Source of the DNA: Octopus bimaculoides
Taxonomy: Eukaryota
Assembly: GCF_001194135.2 (NCBI RefSeq)
Contig: NC_069008.1
Coordinates: 8,268,835-8,332,834, forward strand
Direction: 5' to 3'
Length of the DNA: 64,000 nucleotides
Below are positions 53,831 through 64,000 of the stretch, one piece after another. The notes beneath the pieces were generated by a model. The model saw only the letters and a list, made by a program, of their open reading frames with translations. It searched no databases and was not told the origin of the DNA. A program made the translations under genes and the position numbers. Each line of letters opens with the position of its first letter. Position 1 is the stretch's first letter.

Positions 53831-54275
53831 GCACTTACATTATATGTGTGTGTGTGTGTGTGTTTGTCCCCTACCACCACTTGACAACTGGTGTTGGTGT
53901 GTGTTTACATCCCCATAACTGAGCAGCTCAGCAAAAATAACTGATAGAATAAGTACCAGGCTTACAAAAAGAAGAAATCTTCGAGTCAATTTATTCAACT
54001 AAAACCCTTCAAGGCAGTGCCCCAGCATGGCTGCTGTCAAATGACTGAAACAAGTAAAATAAAGATTAAGGATCTATCTATTTATCTATACACACACACA
54101 CACACACACGCACATACATATGTGTGGCTGTCTGGTAAGAAGCTTGCTTCTTAATCACATTGTTCTGGGTTCAGTTCCACTGCAGGTCACCTTAGGCAGA
54201 TGTCTTCTACGATAGGCTCAGATCAACCAAAGCCTTGTGTGTGGATTTAGTATACGGAAACTGAAAGAAGCCTGT

Positions 54276-54312
<37 letters not shown>

Positions 54313-54393
54313 NNNNNNNNNNNNNNNNNNNNNNNNNNNNNNNNNNNNNNNNNNNNNNNNNNNNNNNNNNNNNNNNNNNNNNNNNNNNNNNNN

Positions 54394-54449
<56 letters not shown>

Positions 54450-55929
54450 AAATTTATAGAAACACAGATGGAGACAGGTGTAGGAACAACAAGCAAGTGT
54501 ATTATTTGAAGCTCAGGAAAAATGCAAATGTCTTTTATGTTTTGAGCCTACGCTCTTCATCAGAAAGGAATAAGAAGAAATAAATAGAGAGAGAAGGGAA
54601 AAGATGTGTTGAGTTCAGTGGTCCAACATGGCGAATGATTGGAAAAAAAGAGGTTGAATGAAAGGGAGATAATAATAAAGAGAGATTGAATGAAGGGGAG
54701 ATAATTCATGGTGATCCCAACAAGAGGAAGTACACAAGTGTGTGCGTGCATGTGAGAACGGTGTGTATGAGTGTGTAAATGTGTATGTGTGAACAGGGGC
54801 AAGTGAGTTTGATGTGTGTGTGTGTGTGTGTGTTTGCATCTGTGTTTCTCCCACCACCATCACTACTTGACAACCAGTGTTAGTGTGCTTATGTCCCCAT
54901 AACTTAGCAGTTCAGCAAAACAGACTGATAGAATACGTATAAGTTCTAAAAAAATTAATCCTAGGGTTTGAGTTGTTTGATTAAAACCCTTCACGGCAGT
55001 GCTCCAGCATGGCCACAGTCAAATGACTGAAACAAAGACAATAAAGATGAATGGTATATATATATATATATATGTCAGCATGGAAGGTGCACATTAAACG
55101 ATGATGATGATGATGATGATGATATTNNNNNNNNNNNNNNNNNNNNNNNNNNNNNNNNNNNNNNNNNNNNNNNNNNNNNNNNNNNNNNNNNNNNNNNNNN
55201 NNNNNNNNNNNNNNNNNNNNNNNNNNNNNNNNNNNNNNNNNNNNNNNNNNNNNNNNNNNNNNNNNNNNNNNNNNNNNNNNNNNNNNNNNNNNNNNNNNNN
55301 NNNNNNNNNNNNNNNNNNNNNNNNNNNNNNNNNNNNNNNNNNNNNNNNNNNNNNNNNNNNNNNNNNNNNNNNNNNNNNNNNNNNNNNNNNNNNNNNNNNN
55401 NNNNNNNNNNNNNNNNNNNNNNNNNNNNNNNNNNNNNNNNNNNNNNNNNNNNNNNNNNNNNNNNNNNNNNNNNNNNNNNNNNNNNNNNNNNNNNNNNNNN
55501 NNNNNNNNNNNNNNNNNNNNNNNNNNNNNNNNNNNNNNNNNNNNNNNNNNNNNNNNNNNNNNNNNNNNNNNNNNNNNNNNNNNNNNNNNNNNNNNNNNNN
55601 NNNNNNNNNNNNNNNNNNNNNNNNNNNNNNNNNNNNNNNNNNNNNNNNNNNNNNNNNNNNNNNNNNNNNNNNNNNNNNNNNNNNNNNNNNNNNNNNNNNN
55701 NNNNNNNNNNNNNNNNNNNNNNNNNNNNNNNNNNNNNNNNNNNNNNNNNNNNNNNNNNNNNNNNNNNNNNNNNNNNNNNNNNNNNNNNNNNNNNNNNNNN
55801 NNNNNNNNNNNNNNNNNNNNNNNNNNNNNNNNNNNNNNNNNNNNNNNNNNNNNNNNNNNNNNNNNNNNNNNNNNNNNNNNNNNNNNNNNNNNNNNNNNNN
55901 NNNNNNNNNNATATATATATATATACATA

Positions 55930-56480
55930 CATATATAGGAGTGGTTGCTTATCAACCACAGGGTTCAGTCTCACTGTATGGTACCTTGGGCAAGTGTCTT
56001 CTACTACAGCCTCAGGCCAACCAAAGCCTTGTGAGTGAATTTCGTAGACAGAAACTGAAAGAAGCCTGTTGTATCTATATATATGTGTGTGTGTATGTGT
56101 GTTTGTATATCTGTGCTTGTCCCCCACCATCGCTTGACAACTGATGTTAGTGTGTTTACGTCCCCATAACTTAGCGGTTCAGCAAAAAAAGAAACCAATA
56201 GAATAAGTACTAGGCTTACTAAAAATAAGTCCTGGGGTTGATTTGCTCAGCTGAAGGCTGCAGTCAAATGACTGAAACAAGTAAAAGAATAAAAGAGTAA
56301 AAGAATACACATACACATATATGATAGGCTTCTTTCAGTTTCCATCTAGCAAATCGACTCACAAAACTTTGGTTGGCCTGAAACCATTGCAGAAAACACT
56401 TACCCAAAGTGCCATGCAGTAGAACTGAGCCTGGAACCATGTGGCTGAGAAGCAAGCTTCTTACCACACAGCCATACCTG
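55930..56480. mobile_element. Dominant SINE (+, 55930-56300) followed by an inverted head (-, 56320-56480)
   Basis: Modules as above in opposite orientations. Confidence 0.78.
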
Positions 56481-56670
56481 CACTTATATATGAGAAATAC
56501 CTATTTTTAACATGCACACACACACACACATGCGCATGCACACACACACAAGGGTATGTAATTAAAACTAGATGTTTATGTGTGTTTGTGTGTAGGTGGA
56601 AGGTATGTGTGTTTGTGTAAGTGAGGTACATGTGTTTGTATGTGCATGTCTGTATCAGTAAGAGATTGTA

Positions 56671-56743
<73 letters not shown>

Positions 56744-57499
56744 TACATAGATAGATAGATAGATAGACAGATAGATACACACACACACATGTACGAACGC
56801 ACGCACATGCACACACACATATATATGTNNNNNNNNNNNNNNNNNNNNNNNNNNNNNNNNNNNNNNNNNNNNNNNNNNNNNNNNNNNNNNNNNNNNNNNN
56901 NNNNNNNNNNNNNNNNNNNNNNNNNNNNNNNNNNNNNNNNNNNNNNNNNNNNNNNNNNNNNNNNNNNNNNNNNNNNNNNNNNNNNNNNNNNNNNNNNNNN
57001 NNNNNNNNNNNNNNNNNNNNNNNNNNNNNNNNNNNNNNNNNNNNNNNNNNNNNNNNNNNNNNNNNNNNNNNNNNNNNNNNNNNNNNNNNNNNNNNNNNNN
57101 NNNNNNNNNNNNNNNNNNNNNNNNNNNNNNNNNNNNNNNNNNNNNNNNNNNNNNNNNNNNNNNNNNNNNNNNNNNNNNNNNNNNNNNNNNNNNNNNNNNN
57201 NNNNNNNNNNNNNNNNNNNNNNNNNNNNNNNNNNNNNNNNNNNNNNNNNNNNNNNNNNNNNNNNNNNNNNNNNNNNNNNNNNNNNNNNNNNNNNNNNNNN
57301 NNNNNNNNNNNNNNNNNNNNNNNNNNNNNNNNNNNNNNNNNNNNNNNNNNNNNNNNNNNNNNNNNNNNNNNNNNNNNNNNNNNNNNNNNNNNNNNNNNNN
57401 NNNNNNNNNNNNNNNNNNNNNNNNNNNNNNNNNNNNNNNNNNNNNNNNNNNNNNNNNNNNNNNNNNNNNNNNNNNNNNNNNNNNNTATATATATATATA

Positions 57500-57501
57500 T
57501 C

Positions 57502-57533
<32 letters not shown>

Positions 57534-57890
57534 CATCATCGTTTAATGTCCACTTTCCATGCTAGCATGGGTTGGACGATTTGACTGAGGACTGGTGAAC
57601 CAGATGGCTACACCAGGCTCCAATCTGATTTGGCAAAGTTTCTACAGCTGGATACCCTTCCCAATGTCAACCACTCCAAGAGTGTAGTGGGTGCTTTTAC
57701 GTGCCACCCGCACGAAGGCCAGTCAGGCGATACTGGCAACGGCCACGCTCAAAATGGTGTATTTTATGTGCCACTCGCACAAGAGCCAGTCCAGGGGCAC
57801 TGGCAACGATCTCACTTGAAAGTCCTTACGTATGCCACAGGCACAAGTGCCAGAAAGGCGACGCTGGGCATAGGTGCCATCCCGATTCCA
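57500..57890 (-). mobile_element. RTE LINE 3' UTR with (GAT)n tail
   Basis: catcatcatcgtttaatgtccactttccatgctagcatgggttggacg...ggatacccttcc motif. Further copies at about 8170-8372 (+), 9188-9352 (-), 39258-39415 (+), 51150-51345 (+), 55075-55105 (+) and 60012-60058 (-). Confidence 0.7.
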
Positions 57891-58680
57891 CTATATATCT
57901 ATATATATATATATATATAGCGGCGTATGTACACTTTGGTCTCTTATATATAAGTATATATTTATCTAAATCTTGTACGACTCTATTCTTTCTTTTATTC
58001 TTTCTTTCTTTCTATCAGCCCTTTCATGCTTACTTCATTCATTCTACTCTTCGTTCTTTCGTTCCCCCTCTCTCATATTTCCTTGCCTTCTCTTCTTGCT
58101 CACTTTCCCTCCTCTTTTCACTTCATTGTGTCCCTGTCATTTTTTCTCGCTTCACTTTAATTCTTCTCTCCCTTTGCCTTTCTCTCTTCTCTCCCCATAT
58201 GCTTGGTGTTCGGCTAAGCCTGACCTTTCTTTCTTGGTTCGGCCACTGTCCCTGCAATATCTATATTCGTCCCTGTGCCTGTGAAATCTTGTATCTCTGC
58301 TGTAAGGCTTTATTTCCACACATGCCAGCTTAATTTAATTCGTCCTTAGCCAAAAGACATCTGTTGTTATGTCCTGTTATTATTTTTATTGTATTTGTGT
58401 AACATTCTCCGTTTTTTTTTTCCGTCCTTGTTTTCGTATACATTTGCTGCTTTCTTCCAAGGAATCTAATGCCCTTAGCTTAGTTTTTCCTTGGGGCTGG
58501 CCAGATTGGAGCAATCTCGAGTATAACCAGCCGATATTGCAAAGATAATCTGGAACTCGACTGAGGAAAGAAAACTCCGAATGACCCAACCTTGTTTTTT
58601 TTGTATCGTCCGTCTGGATGTTTTGTCCTTTTCTTGTATCACCTAACTGTCTGGATGTTTTGCATTCTTGTTCCATTTTG

Positions 58681-58734
<54 letters not shown>

Positions 58735-59765
58735 TTCTCCTGACTCAATCTTTTCAGAGTGCTGACTGCAACACAGACGACTCTCTGGTTTGTTGTAATC
58801 TCAGACTCCAATCAAAAATGGTGCACTGCACCAAAACCTCAGGCAAGCAACACACCAATACTGCTACAACTCAACAGCCAAATAAGACAGATACATTCCT
58901 TAAGACACTGGAAGCCACTCTCCTTGCAGACCCACTAGAAGGCAATGTTCAGTAGAGATGGGACTCTCTCAGGGACATCATCCCTAGCACTGCATTGTGG
59001 GCCTTTGAGAGGAGGAAGAAAATGACACATGACTGGTTTTGAGGCAAATGTGAAAGAACTCAATGCCCCCATGGGCAACGTTGCAAGAATTGAGATCAGC
59101 AAGGAACAACAAGCAGAAGATGGTGAGATGGTGTGCATATGAATACTGGTTACAACTATGTGCGGATATCCAACTGTTGTTTGATATGGGCAACATTTGT
59201 GGAATGTATGAGGGTATCAAGAAAGCCATTGGCCCAACCCAGAGCAAGATAACTCCATATAAATTCAGAACAGAGGAAGTCATCAAGGGCAAAAGAGAGC
59301 AGCTGGAGAGATGGGTGGAACATTATTCCAAACTCTACACCAAAGAAAAAATGTCTCAGACAGTGCTAGAATATAATGTCATAGAGGAGCTGGACACTGT
59401 CAATTGCTGAAGAATTGAGCAGAGCTATTGCTGGTTTGCCCACTGGAAGAGCACTGGGTTTGAACAGCATCCCACCAGAGATCATCAGATGTGCAAGGAG
59501 TGTTCTACTCAGCCACTTGCATCAGTGCTGGGAGGAGGGATCAGTACTGTAAAACATGAGAGACTTCAACATTGTCACCCTATATAAGAACAAAGGAGAT
59601 AAAAGTGACTGCAAAAACTACCAAGGCATCTTGCTGTTAAGCATCATTGGGAAAGTCTTTGCCCGCATGGCCCTAAATAGGCTACAGAAAAATCACTGGA
59701 AAAGTATACGCTGAATCTAAGTGTGGTTTCAGAACAAAACACTCCACCATGGACATGATGTTATA
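58735..59765 (+). mobile_element. RTE-clade LINE fragment (end of APE endonuclease to start of RT), degenerate
   Basis: SFQSADCNTDDSLVCC, GMYEGIKKAIGP, QLERWVEHYSKLY, IVTLYKNKGDKSDCKNYQGI.LLSIIGKVFAR, AESKCGFR...STMDM. Confidence 0.88.
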
Positions 59766-60174
59766 TGTAGTATTAGACAGTTTAAGTATATATTCATTAA
59801 ATTTGGCTGAAATTGATGGGTGAGTGTTTGTCCCAAACAGATGCACAAGGAGTTGTGTTAGCATTGATTTGTGGGTTTGAGTTTGGCTAGGGTTAGCTCA
59901 TCATTTTTTGAATACTTGTTTGAATTTTAAAATTGTCACTTCAAATCAGAGAATATATTATATACTGATGAGACATCATGTTGTAACCAGAGCACTGTAT
60001 AATCGGAGTATATCATCATCATCATCATCGTCGTTTAACGTCTGCTTTCCATGCTAGCNNNNNNNNNNNNNNNNNNNNNNNNNNNNNNNNNNNNNNNNNN
60101 NNNNNNNNNNNNNNNNNNNNNNNNNNNNNNNNNNNNNNNNNNNNNNNNNNNNNNNNNNTTAAGCAATCCTTAGC

Positions 60175-61320
60175 AGAACAGTCCACAACTCTTTTACTTT
60201 TACAGTAGGTATGTAGAGGACATTAATATCCTAGTTAAGACCAACTCAAGTAACAGTAATGTAGAAGCTGATAGGAACATAATGGAGAGCATCCAGCAAG
60301 TAGCTAAGTCCATCCCCCAAAGTATCAAGGTAACTATAGATTACCTCACTAGGCACCACAACAATAGACTCCCCGTCCTTGATACTGAACTTTGGTTAGA
60401 GACTGTGAACAACAGAGTGCAGCTCCTCCACTCCCATTATATGAAACTCATAGCTTTGAAATATGTTGTTCACAATAACTTAATTTTGTTACACAACATG
60501 AAAATTAACATACTGATAGCAAACTTAGTTAGGAAACTGAACAACGTGCCCCCACTATGCAAACCCTATGAAATGAAGAAACATGTACAGAACTTCATAC
60601 ACTACATGTAATTCTCTGGATATGAACAGATAGATAGGGTTCAGGCATACAGGAGTGGTAGAAAGAAATTAGGTAACATTATATGTAATGATACCAGTGG
60701 TACCTGCCCTAGGTATGGAAGTAAAGACTGGAATAGGGTACAAAGAGCTTGTGACAAAGCAAACAGGGTGAACATGTGGTATAAAACTGACAAATATCAA
60801 GGAGTGATGTTTGTAGAGGCCACAGCCCATGGAGAACTAGCCCACAGATTTAGGAAAGCTATGAAGGAGACCAAACTCAACATTAAGATTGTTGAAAAGC
60901 CAGGGAATTCCATCAGATCACTAATATGTAGGATGTACCCCTCTGAGAATACCATATGCACCAATGATAACTGTATGGCATGTAGGATTAGCTCTGGCAT
61001 TAACTGTAGAACTAGAAATGTAGTCTACAGCATAAGATGCATAGAAGGTGCTTGTAAAGACATGAACATGACATACATAGGGGAGACATCTAGGAGCATT
61101 GCAGAAAGATTAAATGAACATTTGAGACAATATGATGACAAAAAACAATCCCCCATACTCTACCAGCATGCCAGGGACCAACATGGAGGTAACCTGGGTC
61201 AACTTGACATCTGCATCTTATCCAAGCACCCAAAGGACCCAACACTCAGACAAATACAGGAGTACGTCCTCATAAATGAAACTTCCCCAATATTAAATAG
61301 GAAATATATGTAGTAGATAA
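60175..61320 (+). mobile_element. Penelope-like element (Neptune-type): RT C-terminus, Cys-rich linker and GIY-YIG endonuclease
   Basis: ORF 60768-61313: VMFVEAT..GEL, IKIVEKPG, CTNDNCMAC, NCRTRNVVYSIRC, YIGETSRSIAERLNEH, RQIQE..I....PILN. The upstream frame has RLPVLD.ELW. Stops and frameshifts lie between them. Confidence 0.88.
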
Positions 61321-62236
61321 TCATACTCCCTTACCTACCATTTATATTTATATACAGGTAGAATAGTTAGTGTTCTGTTATGTAGATGAATGTAAATGAA
61401 TGAATGTATTGTATGTATGTGTGTGTGTGTGTGTATAGGCAAATGGATATGAAAGTAAACAGATAGACATACAGATGGATAGCTACAAAAGGTTATATGA
61501 ACAGACAATCACACATACACACTCATACACAAATAAAGACTGAAACACATGACCATATACACACACGCACACTTCACACAAGGACACATATGGAGACACA
61601 CGTCCACACATACAGACACAGTACATAGTCACATACACACACACACACACACACACACTCAGACATGCACATACAAGGAGACAGAGGTACACACACATAC
61701 ACACACACACAAACACATGAATATGCAGAATACATACATACAAACATACACACATACATAATATATACATACGCACGCACACACATACATGCATGCATAC
61801 ACACACTTACATACATACAAACAGGTGTATGCGCACATACACTAAATCACACCGCTGCACACAAGCAAACAAATAACGGACAGTCAACAATTATCGAAAA
61901 TGTTGCAAGGCACAACGCAAAGTTTAGCAAAATAAATAAGTAAATGAGTGGAAATTTTACCAGTGACTGTGTTAAATTATAAGGCACTAAAAGAGAATAA
62001 CTCTTCCCAGACACCACACTATACATATATATATATATATATATATAGATATACAGGGCAGGGAATCGTCAATTAGTAATAAAAATTAATAATTAACAAT
62101 TATGCCGGGTAGCTCAGTATGAAAAAATCTTTTCAGTAAAGCCATTTATAACCATAAATATATAGGGATTAGCAGAAAACCTGCTTCTCCAACATACTGA
62201 GAATTCAGAAACAGCAGCCAAAGAACTACTGATTCT

Positions 62237-62347
62237 AAAAAAGCTACAAATTTTTCTCTAATTGATAGCGATATTCATGGTACACACTTTAGTTCTGTGT
62301 GTACCATGAATATTGCTATCAATTAGAGAAAAATTTGTAGTTTTTTT
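62237..62347 (+). other. 51-bp-stem hairpin with a 9-nt loop
   Basis: Arms 62237-62287 and 62297-62347. Both mismatches are G-U pairs on the plus strand. Confidence 0.9.
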
Positions 62348-62794
62348 NNNNNNNNNNNNNNNNNNNNNNNNNNNNNNNNNNNNNNNNNNNNNNNNNNNNN
62401 NNNNNNNNNNNNNNNNNNNNNNNNNNNNNNNNNNNNNNNNNNNNNNNNNNNNNNNNNNNNNNNNNNNNNNNNNNNNNNNNNNNNNNNNNNNNNNNNNNNN
62501 NNNNNNNNNNNNNNNNNNNNNNNNNNNNNNNNNNNNNNNNNNNNNNNNNNNNNNNNNNNNNNNNNNNNNNNNNNNNNNNNNNNNNNNNNNNNNNNNNNNN
62601 NNNNNNNNNNNNNNNNNNNNNNNNNNNNNNNNNNNNNNNNNNNNNNNNNNNNNNNNNNNNNNNNNNNNNNNNNNNNNNNNNNNNNNNNNNNNNNNNNNNN
62701 NNNNNNNNNNNNNNNNNNNNNNNNNNNNNNNNNNNNNNNNNNNNNNNNNNNNNNNNNNNNNNNNNNNNNNNNNNNNNNNNNNNNNNNNNNNNNT

Positions 62795-63195
62795 AGGCGC
62801 AGGAGTGGCTGTGTGGTAAGTAGCTTGCTTACCAACAACATGATTCCGGGTTCAGTTCCACTAAGTGGCACCTTGGGTAAGTGTCTTCTACTATAGGCTT
62901 GGGCCGACCAAAGCTTTGTGAGTGGATTTGGTAGACAGAAACTGAAAGAAGCCCATCGTATATATATGTGTATGTATATGTGTGTTTGTGTGTCTGTGTT
63001 TGTCCCACCAACATCGCTTGACAACCGATGCTGGTGTGTTTATGTCCCCGTAACTTAGTGGTTCGGCAAAAGAGTGCAATAGAATAAGTACTAGGTTTAC
63101 ATAAAATAAGTTCTGGGGTCGATTTGCTCGATTTGCTTGACTAAAGGTGGTGCTCCAGCATGGCAGCAGTCAAATGACTGAAAGAAGTAAAAGAG
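62795..63195 (+). mobile_element. tRNA-derived CORE-like SINE with a central microsatellite (best-preserved copy of the dominant family)
   Basis: Head ggctgtgtggtaag..gggttcagttccact (A/B box-like), caccttgggtaagtgtcttctactat, gaaactgaaagaagccc, (TA/TG)n, then tail ...ccagcatggcagcagtcaaatgactgaaagaagtaaaaga. More than 25 full or partial copies in the window. Confidence 0.85.
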
Positions 63196-63472
63196 TATAT
63201 ATATAACAGGTGTATAGAACAAGACACAGAACCATCTACTCAACAACCATTTTACATGACAAACTGGTAAAAATCATGGAAATAGTTCAATTTCATTTAT
63301 TTACAAAAGAATAAATAATATTTAATTACAATAAATAGATTTAATTAAACAGTTATATCTTGCTTTATTTCTGTATGTGCAAATGTGTGTGTGTATGTGT
63401 GTGTATGGTAAAGACTATGATATAACACACACGAGAGTCAAATACAGAATGTATATAAACGTACAAGTATAG

Positions 63473-63514
<42 letters not shown>

Positions 63515-63524
63515 NNNNNNNNNN

Positions 63525-63568
<44 letters not shown>

Positions 63569-63946
63569 GCAAGCGTATTCAATGAAGTAATTATGTATGT
63601 ATTTATATATATATGTGTGTATGGGTACAAGTGCATATGTTTTGTGTGTGTGTGTATATATATGCATGTATATGTATACATATGTATGTATGTATATATA
63701 TGTATATACTGATAATTGCATTGTTTTTGGCATACATAGTCCTAATAGATGTATCTGTAAATATGTGTCTATGTCAGTCTGTTTGTCTGTCTGTCCATAT
63801 GTATGTGTGTATGTATGTATGTAGATACATATACATACATGTAAGTTCCTATATATGTACCAATGTAAGTTTGTACACATATAAAATATATATGATAACA
63901 CATGCACAACATGCATATACAAACTCTCCTTCAACTATACATACAC

Positions 63947-63977
<31 letters not shown>

Positions 63978-64000
63978 ATGTACACATACATATATGCAGG

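Overview
AT-rich, gap-ridden eukaryotic scaffold dominated by microsatellites and transposons. The repeat families suggest a cephalopod, probably Octopus (inference). One host gene is recognisable: the first two coding exons of PTER on the minus strand (24015-24042 and 9479-9644), separated by a 14.4-kb intron. The remainder is mobile DNA: several tRNA-derived SINE families, LINE fragments (R4/Dong, Hero, RTE, Penelope-like), an ORF1-only L1/Tx1-like element, a complete 1.73-kb non-autonomous Gypsy-type LTR element, a Merlin transposase relic, and mariner, piggyBac and hAT pieces. The most striking observation is an apparently intact type I hammerhead ribozyme (42371-42433) at the centre of a 120-bp-arm foldback element, accompanied by several decayed hammerhead motifs; one of these marks the end of a local duplication. 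Almost all ORFs in the supplied track are gap or microsatellite artefacts. Repeat boundaries are read by eye and approximate.
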